From assembly GCA_951406725.2 (NCBI GenBank), contig OX597834.1, forward strand, positions 21,080,001-21,144,000: a DNA stretch of 64,000 bases, written 5' to 3'. The notes beneath the pieces are model-generated. The model made no database searches, was not told the origin of the DNA, and was given only the letters and a program-made list of their open reading frames with translations. Made by a program: the position numbers and the translations under genes. Numbering within the stretch: position 1 is the stretch's first letter; each line of letters starts with the position of its first letter. Below are positions 14,425 to 29,334 of the stretch, piece after piece. The stretch is from Octopus vulgaris (lineage: Eukaryota).

Positions 14425-14612
14425 CACGTAAAAAGCACCCACTACGCTCTCGGAGTAGTTGGCGTTAGAAAGGGCATCCAGCTGTAGAAACTCTGCCAGA
14501 TCAAGACTGGAGCCTGGTGCAGCCATCTGGTTGCCAGCCCTCAGTCAAAACCGTCCAACCCATGCTAGCATGGAAAACGGACGTTAACTGATGATGATGA
14601 TGATGATGATGA
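14425..14612 (+). mobile_element. Retroposon family C 3' part
   Basis: aaaagcacccactac...ggcgttagaaagggcatccagctgtagaaac...ccatgctagcatgg...(gat)n. Confidence 0.8.
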
Positions 14613-14930
14613 ATAAAGTCTTGCCTTTTTAATGTTTTTATAAAATATTTTATCATTCTTTTTTTTTAAATACTTTATATATTTTAAAAAACACTGATAT
14701 AATATGCTTTATCATTGTCCATATGGCAAATTTGCCTTTTGCCAAAATTTTCCTATGTGGTGAAATATCTTACAATAAATTATCTGGACATGCAACTCGG
14801 GCCCAGCCCCCACCACCATCACCACCAAATGAATGAAAGATAAATTTCATCCGGGCGGAATTTGAACTCTGGGCATAAAGAACCATGATGAAAACTTGAA
14901 GAAAAGCAATTTATCTGTCAGCCCCTGGAT

Positions 14931-15197
14931 CAGTAGTTCCCTACTAGTTTTCACCAGTGGATCCCCTTTGATTTGTTTTACTTGGATGAACTCTCATGGC
15001 CATTTGACGTTCAAAAATTCCTATTATTATATTTTTTTGATTAGATATTATTAGGGATTATGCAAAAGAATTATTTAAATACTTTGGGTACTGTAGAAAT
15101 GTAACCAATAATTATCCATAAACTTTAGCAACAAAATCTTAAATGGACTTCTAAGGGTCCATATAAGGGTCATACAGACCCTGGATGAGAACCACTG
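14931..15197. mobile_element. hAT-like MITE
   Basis: Ends cagtagttc.../...gaaccactg with an 8-bp target site duplication ccctggat / ccctagat. Confidence 0.7.
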
Positions 15198-15948
15198 CCC
15201 TAGATGGATGAAAGATAAAGATGGCCCTGGCCAGATTTGAACTAAGAACTTACAAATAAATAATAATGGTAAGAAGCTTGCTCCCAACCACATGGTTCCA
15301 GGTTCAGTTCCATTGTGTGGCACCTTGAGCAAGTATCTTCTACTATAGCCTTGCTCTGATTTGGTAGACAGAAACTGAAAGAAGCCCTTTGTATATATGT
15401 AATCATATAAATGTGTGTGTGTGTGTGTCTTTGTGTCTCTGTCCCCCACCACCAATCGACAACTGGTGTTGGTGTGTTTACATCCCAGTAAGTAAGCAGT
15501 TTGGTTTAAAAGTCCAGCAGAATCAGTATTAGGTGTAAAAATGAAAAATAAGTATTGGGGATTGATTCATTCCACTGAAACCCTTCAAGGCAGTGCCCCA
15601 GCACGGCCAGAGACCAAAAACCAAAACTAGTAAAAGAATAAAAGAATAAATTAATAAAAGACTAAAAACCAAAACCCTTTGTTCTCCATGAAGCCATGCT
15701 GAGAAAACTTTGCGTGAGAGTGTTGGTGGTGGGTTCAATTCCAACAGCTTCTTTATGACATGTTTTTATTGCGAGGGGAATATAAATTTCATTATGAAAT
15801 AATTGCTGCAATTATATTTTTATTTCCTTTTCTGAAAATGTCAACTGCTACCATTTACACTATCATCATCCGATCATGAAGCTTAAGATAGACACACAGA
15901 CAGACAGATGTTCTTCTGTCTGTTTTTCTGGGTTGGTTTTTGAAACTT

Positions 15949-15981
<33 letters not shown>

Positions 15982-16659
15982 CTCTTCTTTTATTACAACC
16001 GGAAACCAAGCAGAAAATTTTTCCACTGAAAATATCATGTTTTTTTTTTAATGTTTTATTTCATTTTTTTTTCTAATGTTATTTGATAAACCAAAATGAA
16101 AAAAAAATCATAAAGAATTAAATGTGAAAATATTTGTATAAATGTTTTTTACTCATAAACACATATACATATATACATATGTGGGTTTTTTTGTGTGTGT
16201 GTATATAAATGTGTGTGTGTGTATTTGCACATGTCTGTTAAAATAATGACACAATTCTAGTCCTGTTTCGTTAACTTTAGAATTCATATCATCATCTTCA
16301 TCGTCATCATCACCATCATCATCATCATGATAATCATCATTGTCATCATCATCTCAGATGGAAATGATTTCCAGCTACTGGGGGAAATCAACTAGTGATA
16401 GCTTGACTTCCTATCCAGGGGAATGAAGAGTGTTATACTCTCTGTCATTTTAAATGCCTCAGAAACTGCCATAGCTTCTGATCTGTTGAACCAGTAGTGA
16501 TCCAGATAAACTTCGGCTTCAATAATTTTAATTAATCAAAATTATTGACATTGTAAGTGGGTTCAAATCCCACTGACAACCTTTCACATCTTCTAGTCAA
16601 AGGGCCTTTTAACCCAATATTTACATGCTGTCATTTATAGCACTTATCAAGGTGTTCAT

Positions 16660-17090
16660 CTGGCAGAATAATTAACATGCCTAGCAAAATGCTTAGCGAT
16701 AGCTGGCAGAGACGTTAGCACGCCGGTCAAAATGCTTAGCGATATTTCGTTTGCCATTACATTCTGAGTTCAAATTCTGCTGAGGTCGACTTTGCCTTTC
16801 ATCCTTTCGGGGTCGATTAAATAAGTACCAGTTACGCACTGGGGTCGATGTAATCGACTTAATCCATTTGTCAGTCCTTGTTTGTCCCCTCTGTGTTTAG
16901 CCCCTTGTGGGTAATAAAGAAACAGATATTTCATCTGTCTTTACATTCTGGGTTCAACTTCTGCCACAGTCACCGTTGGCCTTTCATCCTTAGACAGTCG
17001 CTAAAATAAGTACCAGTTAAGCACTGGGGTCGATACCATCAACTTATTCCACTCCCATAATTGCTCGCCTTGTACCAAAATTTGAATCTA
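16660..17090 (+). mobile_element. SINE family B inserted in an older family B copy
   Basis: The older head stops at gcttagcgata, a full younger copy follows, and the older body resumes at gatatttcatctgtc. Confidence 0.75.
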
Positions 17091-17154
17091 TTTTTTTTTA
17101 GCATTCATCTACATTGAGTTTGACTGTTAAAAGCAAATTATTCAAAAAATATTG

Positions 17155-17600
17155 GAGGCGCAAGTGTGACCATGTGGTAAGAGGTTTACATCTCAACCAC
17201 ATGTTTTGGGGTTCAGTTCCACTGCATGGCACCTTGGGCATGGTACCTTGGGCATGGCACCTTGGGCATGGCGCCTTGGGCATGGCGCCTTAGGCATGGC
17301 ACCTTGGGATAGCCTTGTGAGTAGATTTGGTATATGGAAACTGAAAAGAAGCCCATTGTATATATGTATGTATATATATATTTGTGTGTGGGGGTATAGG
17401 TATGTTTGTCCTCCTGCCATCGCTTGACAACCAATGGTGTATTAACATCTATGTAACTTAGTGGTTCAGCAAATCAAACCAATAGAATAAGTACTAGGCT
17501 TACAAAGAATAAGTTTACTGGTTGATTTCTTCGACTAAAGGGGGTGCTCCAGCATGGTCGCAGTCAAATGACTAAAACAAATAACAGAATAAAACAAAAA
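17155..17600 (+). mobile_element. SINE family A with internal 14-bp tandem expansion
   Basis: About 6 copies of gcatggcaccttgg at 17224-17307 inside an otherwise normal A copy. Confidence 0.85.
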
Positions 17601-18154
17601 AAGAATGATCATGACGGTGATGATGACGATGGTGATGATGATGACTCCACTTTCTCCACTCCAAAAAACACATATCCCTGGTTTCCATAGGAACAGATTA
17701 TAAACCTAAACTATTCCATACAGAACCTATGTTTTTTCTTTGCGTTATTTTATGCATTGTTATGGAAACCAGACAACAAGGCGGCAGTTACTGCACCATC
17801 TTATTGCTGCTGGTGCTGCGTCTTCAGGGGCACTTGCTGCTGCTGATGATGATGATGACTATGCTGTTGCTGCTGCTGCTGCAGTTGATCTTCATGCTAA
17901 ATATGCATGTATGTGTCTGCATGTGTATGTGTGTATGTGTGTGTATATATATGTGTATGTGCATACACACACACACATATATATATATGTATGTAAAATT
18001 TATAGGAAGTTCTTGAAAATGAAAGCATGGAGATTAGGTCTTGGTAGCATGTTTCCTATTATGGTATTGTTGTTTAACCCTAGGTCTGTCCTGAATGACC
18101 AGATACTATCATCACAGGTGTTCTAATTCTCACTATGATAAGTATGTGTGTGTG

Positions 18155-18224
<70 letters not shown>

Positions 18225-19019
18225 CAGAGACAGACAGACAGAATTGATGACATACTTTATCTAAAATCACTACAATTGTTTCAACACACTTTTGCACCTT
18301 TAATTGGTGAGATGTTATGTAATCATTATCTTAAACCCATGATGATACCAGGTAGCCAATAACTGTGGACAAGCTTTGCATAGCATTCCACAGGATATTT
18401 ACACAAGTCTTACTTAACTATATGTATATATATATCCTCTCTCTCACTTGCCTCTACTTTTCCATTTGTGTGTGTGTGTGTGTGTATGTTTGCCTCGCCC
18501 ACCACTGCTTGAAACTTGTACTAGTGTGTATTTATATATATAAATATACATATATACATACATATATACGTTTGCATATACATATGTATGCATGTATATA
18601 TGTGTGTGTATATGTGTGTATGTATGCACACTCTCATGCATGTATATATGCTTGAGTTGTTTAAATGTAATGTTAATCTGTCTTTTCTGTGGGGAATACC
18701 AAAACATAGGAAAGTACACAATACATATTATACACAGCACATAAAACACACACGTATACATGTAATACATAACACTCAAATGCACAATACGTACTCACAC
18801 ATATGAACACACAATATAGACATACACGCTCACTCGTCAGTGAAGTCACCGGTAGATATACACTAACACACATACATCTATACATTCATACACAGAATCA
18901 TGCTCGTTCAAACATTCACACACATAGATACATACAAATACACACACACACACACACATATGCTTATTTATGTGAAAATTCACTGAAGGATAAATACTGA
19001 CTCACTTCTGTATACATCT

Positions 19020-19377
19020 TGGCACTCCGTCAGTTACGACGACGAGGGTTCCAGTTGAGCCGATCAACAGAACAGCCTGGCTGAGCACTCCACAGACATG
19101 TGTACCCTTAACGTAGTCCTCAGGGAGATTCAGCATGACGCAGTGTGTCACAAGGCTGGCCTGGCCCCTTAGAAATGCAGGTACAACAGAAACAGGAAGA
19201 AAGGGTGAGAGAAAGTTGTGGTGAAAGAGTACAGCAGGGCTCGCCATGACCCCCTGCCAGAGGCTCATGGAGCTTTAGGTGCTTTTGCTCAATAAACACA
19301 ATGCCTGGTCTGAAAATTGAAACCGTGATCCTATGACTGCAAAACCGCTGCCCTAACCACTGGGCCATTGCACCTCT
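19020..19377 (-). mobile_element. SINE family D (tRNA head; 3' module shared with family E)
   Basis: Minus strand ggtgcaatggcccagtggttagggcagcgg...; 3' part aagggtacacatgtctgtggagtgctcagcca...caactggaaccctcgtcgtcgtaac matches the E copies at 12476 and 27530. Confidence 0.78.
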
Positions 19378-19859
19378 ACTCTGTATACATATATACATAT
19401 ACCCGTATACACAAACACACATACAAATATTTAATTATATGTAAATTTGATTCAAGTTATACATACATTCATACATGCATGTAATTAACAAACACACTCA
19501 TACACACACACATGCAGACACACACACACACACATATGCACATTTATGCAAATGTATAAAACACACACATATGCACATTTAACTATATGCAAATTGACTG
19601 CACACATACATTGATGCACACATTTGTATATACACATATACACACATATATATATATATATATATGTGTAGCTATGTACACAAACATACTTACATATAAA
19701 TACCTGTAAATACACATAGATACACACTTATATGCTTCCATGAACGCTCATATATAAATTTAAGTATATGTAAATTAAGTAAAAGCTATACAACCATTCA
19801 TACATGCATTTATATGAATACATGTATGTACACAAACACACATGTATACACACACACAC

Positions 19860-19899
<40 letters not shown>

Positions 19900-20766
19900 G
19901 CGAACACACTCGCGCCCCACACACACACATCGACATGCATAATTCACGTAAAACCACACATATTTTGACCCACACTGAACCGCACATGCGCGTACACATG
20001 TTTAGTGAGAAACATGTTCACACATACGCATACATACACACATGTACGCACACAGACAAACATCCATATACAAACACGCGTGAGTGCACACATACTCACA
20101 CAGATTTAAACTCACATCGAACCACACGCACAGGTACACATAGCCAGGTACACACACACACACACAGACCCATACACAACTTAGACACATCCCCACACAT
20201 ACATACACACACAAATCTTAGACACATACACACATACACATTCTGACATACACACTGACACACATTTGTACACTTAATTACGCCTATTTTACTTAGACAG
20301 TTCAATTTAAAAGTGAAAGTAGATTTTGCCAGCAATGCAAAGAAGCCAGAGATTCAAAGAAGAAGATGAAGAACTACACTGCATTCGTTGTTGTCATTGT
20401 AGAAGAAATTCTAGCTCCGATGGCTACGTCGGCTTTCTTTAAACGTACCATTGTGCATTGAAGAGCTTTTAAACCACTCTTACAAACAACAGCATCCAAT
20501 TTGATTGTCTTGGAATAGTCTTGTCAGCATCAAGGGACTTAAATCAGTTATGAGACAACAGGCAACTATTAGAAGCAACTCCCAATCTCCTCCCACCCGG
20601 ACTCTTCTGTGAAAACAACAAAGACAAGGAAGTAGAAGGAAGATGAGGTGACATGAATAGAAGATGGGTCTGTGAGCAATAATGAAGTTCTGTGACATAT
20701 TAGTGTGCTTCAGGATGGCAATTCTGGTGGGAAATAATATATTTACGTTATGTATATCTATTTATC

Positions 20767-20839
<73 letters not shown>

Positions 20840-20847
20840 CTATCTAT

Positions 20848-20886
<39 letters not shown>

Positions 20887-20939
20887 GTCTGTCTGTTTAT
20901 CTATCTTTATACGTACATACATACATACATATATATATA

Positions 20940-21135
20940 TTGGGAGAGTTTACGCAAAAAACAAAAGATGAAGACAGGTGGTGTACAAAACAAACAGATG
21001 TATTAGTATAACGCTCAGGAATAGAAAAAGTCTTTTACGTTTCGAGCCTATGCTCTTCTACAGAAAGGGACACAGAAAAATCAAGGAGAGAAACAAGGAG
21101 AGAAAAAAATGTGTGTAGTGGCTAACAATCTATCA
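20940..21135 (-). mobile_element. Short repeat beside (TA)n carrying a hammerhead-like motif (21031-21068)
   Basis: Minus strand cttt-CTGTAGA-a-GAGC-atag-GCTC-GAAACGTA-aaag; second copy on the + strand at 29335-29505. Confidence 0.6.
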
Positions 21136-22620
21136 TATATATATATGCCTGTACGTTGTCTATTCATCCACCTGTCTCTGTCCTTCTCTCTCTCTCTCTC
21201 CACACACTCATATATTAATGGATGTGGACATATACACTATTCCATTAGAGTATATCTGTCTGTCTGTCTGTCATCTTAATTCCTTCCTTTCTATGCTTTT
21301 ATGAGTCAAATGAAATTCATTGAGCCAGATTTTTCTACAGCTGGAAGCCTTTCCTGCCACCAACCCCCATCTCTTTCCAAGCATTGTAACATTTTTCCAT
21401 GGCCAAACAAAGCATATTTTGGTGGGAAGAAAAATGGAAATAAACAACAGCAATTGTGTCACGACACATGAGGGGAAAACAGAAGAGGAGGGGTAGAAAA
21501 CAAGGAAGAGGAGGAGTAATAAAACAAAGAAGGTGGGGTAGAAGAGAAGAATTAACAAACACCCTTCTGTTAATTTTCTGTGGTGGTATTTGAAGTTCAA
21601 TTTGAATTCTCTTATCTTTTATCCTTTACTTGTGTCAGTCATTAGACTGTGGCCATGCTGGGGCATCAGCTTGAAGAATTTTCAGTCAAATGAGTCAAAG
21701 CCTGGTATTTATTTCATTGGGCCCCTTTACCAAACCGCTAAGTCACAGGGATGTAAACATACCAACACCGGTTACCAGGTGGTGGTGAGGAATACAAACA
21801 TAACAACACACACACATACAATGAGCTTCTTTAAGTTTCTCTCTATAAAATCCACTTACTAGCCTTTGGTCAGCCCAAAGCTGTTGCAGAAGATGCTTGC
21901 CTTAGGTGCCACACAGTGGGACTGAACCCAGATCCATGTGTTCAGGAAGCAAACTTCTTACCACACAGCCACACCTGCTTCTATTCTCAACAATCCCTGA
22001 AAAGAATTGTGTACCCTTAAGTTGCAAAGCATTGATCTAATAAAATACATAATCTATTTGTTAACCCCTTTTTTTTTTCTTTTTTTTTTTTCAAGCCACC
22101 CCTTTCTACCCAGTGGTTGTATTCTGCACCACCTGGTTGTAATTTCATAATTTCAGCTCTTATTACCCCAAATATTGTGTTGTGGTCACTGATTTAGGAA
22201 AGGCTGATCAATCACAAACCACACCCTAACATCATGAAGAAAAAAATGGATACATTCATTAATGTATTCTATGGTACACAATGCCTGAAACAAAAACCAA
22301 AAAAAAATAAAAAGAGAGAGAGAGAGAAAGCATGGATGGTCATAGCTGGAATGCTTTTGATCCTAAGTTTGCTTGTTCCAGGCTGACCTGGAGCTAAACA
22401 TCAATATCAATAACAACAATGACCACCACTGGCCAATATACTTGCTCAGTCCATTATGCTTGACTGAACACAAAATAAGGTTTCACCACCACCACCAACA
22501 CTTCATGGTTGAATGGCCAGCTGTAGGCTGGGAATCCAGCTGTACAAACATTTCCTCCAATATACATTTACATACATGTGTGTATATCTGTGTGCATGTA
22601 TATCTGTGTGTGTGTATTTG

Positions 22621-22652
<32 letters not shown>

Positions 22653-22900
22653 AAGAGAGAGAGAGAGATGTATATATGTATATATATGTATTTATATGTG
22701 TTTATATTGTTTATATGTGTATATGTACTTGTATATATATTTATGTATATTATATGTGTGTATGCGTTTATATATGTGCATATATGTATGTATATGTATA
22801 TTTGTGTGTGTATTTGCATATATGTGTATGTGTGCATATGTATGTGTGTATATATATATGTGTTTGTATATATGTGCATATATATATGTATGTATAAATA

Positions 22901-22939
<39 letters not shown>

Positions 22940-23069
22940 GCACACATATAGTGTATGTGGTTAAGAGCTTTCTCCCAAACCACATGGTTCCAGGGGTTCA
23001 GTTCCATTGCATGGCACCTTGGGTGAGTGGATTTGGTGGACAGAAACTGAAGAAGCCCATTGTGAGTTT

Positions 23070-23107
<38 letters not shown>

Positions 23108-23136
<29 letters not shown>

Positions 23137-23526
23137 TGTATGTATGTATGTATGTATGTATGTATGTATGTATGTATGTATGTATGTATGTATGTATGTA
23201 TGTATGTATGTATGTATGTATGTATGTATGTATGTATGTATGTATGTATGTATGTATGTATGTATGTATGTATGTATGTATGTATGTATGTATGTATGTA
23301 TGTATGTATGTATGTATGTATGTATGTATGTATGTATGTATGTATGTATGTATGTATGTATGTATGTATGTATGTATGTATGTATGTATGTATGTATGTA
23401 TGTATGTATGTATGTATGTATGTATGTATGTATGTATGTATGTATGTATGTATGTATGTATGTATGTATGTATGTATGTATGTATGTATGTATGTATGTA
23501 TGTATGTATGTATGTATGTATGTATG
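23108..23526. repeat. Pure (TATG)n microsatellite, about 420 bp
   Basis: Uninterrupted tetranucleotide array. Confidence 0.97.
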
Positions 23527-23862
23527 TTAGGGTACCGGAATACCTCTTGTCAGAAAGAGGAGTTAGCACTCCAAAGCCACAGATTTCTCACTATAAAGAA
23601 ACACGCCTGGTGAATGTGGTGAATATAATAAAAATAGGTCTTACCTTGTATAAACTACAAAGTAAGAACAGATGCATTGGTATCAATTGTTTCAACCTTT
23701 TGTGAGTTAGTACTTAAGGATTTCTAGCAAATGGTATTCCAGTACCCTAAATTATTTGTATATTTTACCTATATAGGTTATACTTCCTGGCCTCTTTATT
23801 ATCATTATTATTATTACTATTGTTATTTTTAATTATGGTAATAATGCTTTACTCAATTTCAA

Positions 23863-23914
<52 letters not shown>

Positions 23915-23916
<2 letters not shown>

Positions 23917-24425
23917 TCATCATCATCATCATCATCATCATTGTCATCATCATTTAATGTCTGTTGTCCATGCTGGCATGGGTTGGACAGTTTGACCAGA
24001 GCTGGTAAGCTGGAAGGCTGCACCAGACTCCAATCTGATCTGGCATGTTTTTCTATGGCCAGGTGCCCTTCCTATCGCCAACCTCTCTGGGGTACTTTTA
24101 CATGCCACTGACATGGGTGCCATTTGCGTGACACCGGCACCTGCCACAAATGTGATTTTGCTCAGCTTGATGGGTCTTCTTCTCAAGCACGACATAATGC
24201 CGAAGGTCTTGGTCATTGCCTCTGAGAGGTCCAACACTTGAAAGGAACTCAACCATTTTGCCTTCATGAGGCCCAATGCTCAAAAGGAACTTAGACACTT
24301 TGCCTCCAAGAGGTCGAACACTTGAAAGGTGCTCTTTACGTGCCACCGGCACGGGTGCCACTTATGTGGCACTAGCATCTGCCATGACTATGATTTCACT
24401 TGGCCTGACGTCTTCTGAAGCCCAG
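23915..24425 (-). mobile_element. Long family C copy
   Basis: (cat)n tail, ccatgctggcatggg hairpin, gcccttcctatcgccaacc, repeated acgtgccaccggcacggg motif. Confidence 0.75.
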
Positions 24426-25354
24426 CACATGTTTTTACACACACACACACATATATATATGTATATATACATATATGTGTGTGCATGTGTGTTCGTTTCT
24501 GTGTTTGTCCCCCACCATTGCGTAACAACCAGTGTTGGTATGTTTATACCTTCATGACTTAGCAGTGCAGTAAAAGGGATCAACAGAGTAAGTACCAAGC
24601 TTAAAAAAAAAATTTTAATTTCAATTGATGGATTCAATTTGTTTGACTAAAAGTTCTTTAAGGCAGTGCTCCAGTATGGCCACAGTCTAATAACTGAAAC
24701 AAGTAAAAGATCAAATATATAATGTAGCCTGGAAACACACGAATTTATAATAAATAGAAGATGGCAGGAAGAGCATACCTTTAGAAGAAGAAGAAGAAGA
24801 TGAAGATGATGATGATGATGATGATGTAGTAGTAGTTGTAGTCATGAGAGGAACAACTTTGATCATCAATCTGCCAGGTGAAGGTTTACCTGGGGTTAAA
24901 TACCATGACATGGAGAGAGAAGAAAACAGCTGGGTGAAAGCGAAATCTGAATAAGGCAATGAAGAAAAAAAGACTTAAAACAAACAAACGAGACATGGGA
25001 GTCAGAGGAGGGTGGGGTGGGAGGAAAAGAAAAGAGGACGGTGGTGTGTGGGGGGTGGTGTAAGCATATCCACGTGCCAGGGGGTGTACAGCTGGCTGTT
25101 TGAGAAGAAATACAATGATGATGTTTGAATGTAAGGAGCTTTCAGGGCCCCTAGATATGTCAACAAGAAAGAAAGAGAGCCTGGCTGGTAAGATCTAGGA
25201 TAGGATTATATAAATAATAGGGGGTGGGCAGGGGTGGCTTTGATAGATTATAAAACTTAATACAAACCGAAGCAATTCTGTTACATTTCTTTGTATTGTA
25301 TTAAGAAATAGAATTACTATGGTACGTGTGTGTGTGTGCTGTGTGTGTGCGTGC

Positions 25355-25387
<33 letters not shown>

Positions 25388-25545
25388 TGTATATGCAAGT
25401 GTATAAACAGAAGTTCTACGGTTACATTGTTTTCTGTCGAATTAATAAACAGAATTACGATAGTATATACACACACACACATATATATATGTATGTATGT
25501 GTATATGTATATATTGCTGGGTGTCGCTGTATATATGTGTTTTAT

Positions 25546-25604
<59 letters not shown>

Positions 25605-25696
25605 TATATACATATACATATAAAAAAAACAAATATATATATATATATATATATACATATATATATGTTTATATATATATATACATATATATATAT

Positions 25697-25746
<50 letters not shown>

Positions 25747-25835
25747 GTACGTATGTTTGTGTGTATATAGATGTGATTGCGTGTGTATCGTTGGCGATTT
25801 TCTTTCTCTGAATTCCCTTCTTTGGACTTTTCCTA

Positions 25836-25872
25836 TATTTCTGATGAAGAGCTCTGCTCGAAACGTGAAATC
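25836..25872 (+). ncRNA. Minimal type-I hammerhead ribozyme motif; cleavage triplet reads GUG, so probably inactive
   Basis: attt-CTGATGA-a-GAGC-tct-GCTC-GAA-ACGT-G-aaat: canonical core, 4-bp stem II, palindromic stem III, stem I attt/aaat. Confidence 0.7.
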
Positions 25873-26117
25873 TTCTTTCTTTTTTTTTCTTTCCTGAGCA
25901 TCCAATAACACATCATCTTCATCATCATCATTATCGCCATCATCATCATCATCATTCTCATTATCATCACTATCACCATCATCATCATTATCATCATCAT
26001 GTGTCTTGTTTTATCAGCCCCTTTCTCTGAGCTACTAAGTCACAGGGATCTAAACAAACCAGCCCTGGTGTTCAAGTGATGAGGCAGAGAGTCAAGCACC
26101 AAAACATACATCCACAC

Positions 26118-26161
<44 letters not shown>

Positions 26162-27529
26162 TATATACGCACATATATACACACAAGCGCATATACACAC
26201 ACAAGCACATACACACACACACACACATGAAAGTCTCCCACACAATTTCTTATCTACCAAATTCACTCACACATACTGACAGCCCTAAATTAACCCTTAA
26301 AAAATTGCCAGCCTTGTTCCAAAATTTGAAACGACCCTTACTGGAAAATTATCGTCAGGCTGTAATAATCCAGGTCACCTCTAATAAGACTAATCTAAGT
26401 CAACTAAAGGTCATTGAATCGACAATATATCTTTCAAGATATAGTGTAATAAATAAAATATATGCATACATACAAACATATATGTACGTACCGACATCTA
26501 CATGTATATATACATGCATATATAAATATATATACGTACAGGACACCACAAGAAGACGTAAAAATCAACAGAAACGAAAACAGAAACGGAAATACTGGAT
26601 GGGTGTTAATATGTGTCGAATCTTATGATAATTTTGCTGGCCTTAAATGATTGCAGACACCTGCCCACTGCTCTCATTTGACTAGTTGCCAGTTCCTTAC
26701 AATAGTTTTAAGAAGGGCTTTTTTTTTTATTATTATTTACTTGTCTGTTTTTGACCCTGAAGGGAATATTTTAACACAACACTGCACACTTGTAAAACGA
26801 TCATCAATTATGCAGTGTTTCTGCTATTTGCCGCAGTGAGCTGTGTCTGTTTGGACAATACAGCTGGGATGTTGCATTTTTTAATTGTCTTTGTCAATGG
26901 TGCAAGCAAGCATAGGTCTGTGCTTACGATGGGACTGTGAACTGCTGATCTTTCCAGTCAATGGGGTAGGTCACCACCCAGAGGAATTTACCAACTTGTC
27001 TTCCAGCAACCAGGATATAAAACATGGAAATATAATACAGCCGGGATTTTTCTCTTTGGGGCAAAATGTGATATATAAATAAAGGGTTTTTTTTTTCTGT
27101 TTCTATTTTACTTTTTTTTTTTACTACTAACCCTAGGCACAGGCATGGCTGTGTGGTTAAGAAGCTTGCTTTGGGAATATGTGGCCTCCGGTTCAATCCC
27201 ACCTTGGGCAAATGTTTTCTACTCTAACCCTAGTTCCTTTGGGTATTGACTTTCTTTTAGTTGTTTGAGTGTGACCATGCTGGAGCACTACTTTGAAAGG
27301 TGAACAAATCGACCCAAGATTTTTTTTCCTGCTACTATTTTATCAGTCCCTTTTACAGGCCAAGTCTTGTGAGTGAACATGGTGGATGGAAACTGAGTGG
27401 AAGCCCATTGCATATAAAATGTGTGTGTGTGTCCTGCCACTTGACAACTGGGGTTGGTTTGTTTGTGTCCCAGTAATTTAACAGTTCAGCAAAAGAAACT
27501 GAGAGAATCCCACCCCACCCCCATAGCTT

Positions 27530-27898
27530 ACTGTCGGTTAAATGACAAGTGTTCTAGTTGCCCCAAAAAACGAAATAGCCTGCTCATGAAATTAAGTGGC
27601 TGAGCACTCCACAGACACATATACCCTTAATGTAGTGCTCAGGGAGAGTCAGCATAACACAGAGTGTGACAAGGCTGGCCCCTTTGAAATACAGATCACT
27701 CTTTACTTGTTTCAGTCATTTGACTGCGGCCATGCTGGAGCACTGCCTTTAATCGAGCAACTCAACCCCGGGACTTATTCTTTTGTAAGCCCAGTACTTA
27801 TTCTATCGGTCTCTTTTGCCGAATCGCTAATTAACAGGGACATAAACACACCAGTTGTCAAGAAATGCTAGGGGGACAAACACAGACACAGAAACACA

Positions 27899-27942
<44 letters not shown>

Positions 27943-28243
27943 TACGATGGGCTTCTTTCAGTTTCCATCTACCAAATCCACTCACAAGGCTTTGGTCGGC
28001 CTGAGGCTATAGTAGAAGATACTTGCCCAAGGTGTCACGCAGTGGGCTGAATCCGGAACCATGTGGTTGGTAAACAACCTACTTACCAGACAGCCACTCC
28101 TGCACTACTCATTTTTACCAGCTGAGTGAACTGGAGCAATGAGAAATAAAGTGTTTTGCCCAAGGACTCAATGCATCACCAGGAATCGAACTCACAACCT
28201 TATGATCATGAACCAGATACCCCTAACCACTAAGCCATGTACC
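27530..28243 (-). mobile_element. SINE family E containing a full family A copy at about 27698-28103
   Basis: E 3' module on the left, E head and CORE-like part on the right of the A copy. Confidence 0.8.
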
Positions 28244-29334
28244 TGACAGAATGTACCAGACATTAAAAAGGCCTGACAGAATTTACCAGGCTTTAAAAAG
28301 CAAAGTAAGTACTGGAGTTGGTTTGTTTGACTAAACTCTTCCAGGCGGTGCCCCAGCATGGCCACAGTCCAATGAATGAAACAAGCCAAAGATAAAAGGT
28401 AAGAAAAATATCATCACACCTACACACATGTGCAGACAGATGCAGCGCAAACTCTTTACAGACAGAGTAAATCTTATGATCTCCAAAAATCTACAGACAA
28501 ATCGTTGACTATCTTGGTTTTTAATCTTTGGTCAAAATTATCCGACTTTTATATTTTTGATTAATTTTATTCTACTTTGTTTGGTTTTCAATGTGTTTCT
28601 TCTAAATTTTATATTTTCGACGCCTCAGATTTCCTTTTATCTTTCACCGTTTCTAAACCGTCTCAAAGAAATTGTCCGTCCAAAACATGAAACAAAAAAA
28701 AACAACTATAATTGTCAGTAGGTGATTCACTATATTGTATTTTGAGCACCGGTTCTACCAAATTTTCCTCTGATTCATCCAGATTTTTATTGCAGTGTTA
28801 CCGACAATATAACAGTGTTTTGCTGTTTTCTTCATCTGAAATAACACGATAAAGATAAATAAAGAAATAGATATCACAGAATAATAGTTTTTTTTTTTTT
28901 GCCTTTTTATTATTATTATTTTTTTAATTTTTTTTTTTTTTTGATAATATTCAAACAATAAACAAGAAATGCAGGGAAAAGTAAATCTGAACAGGATATG
29001 AGTTGTAGCAATATCGTTAAACTAAGGTACAGGCAGGGCTATGGTAGAAAGCTTACTTCCCAACCACATAGTTCCTGGTTCAGTCCCACTCCATGCCACC
29101 TTGGGCAAGTGTCTTCTACAATAGCCTTGGCCCACCAAAACTTTGTGAGTGGATTTGGTAGAAGCCTGTTGTATACATATATTCTTTTATTCTTTCATTT
29201 GTTTCGGTCATTTGACTGTGGCCATGCTGGTGCACTAACTTTGGTTGAACAAATCCCGAGGACTAATTCTTAGTAAGCCTATTCTATCGGTCTCTTTTGC
29301 TAAATTATTCAAATTAATAATTCATATATATAGC

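Noticed and set aside
18268-18285. Minus-strand GAAACAATTGTA, like a hammerhead 3' half
   Set aside because: No matching 5' core or stem II found upstream; not counted as a ribozyme.
20335-20442. 35-codon Cys-containing small ORF
   Set aside because: Within chance expectation; no homology or splice support.
22513-23705. Longest ORFs (366 and 232 aa, MYVC repeats)
   Set aside because: Stop-free translations of TA/TG/(TATG)n microsatellites; the same applies to the YI-, HT-, CV- and YLSI-rich ORFs throughout.
26640-27080. Unique-looking segment with possible decayed LINE coding remnants
   Set aside because: No frame gave a motif I could defend.
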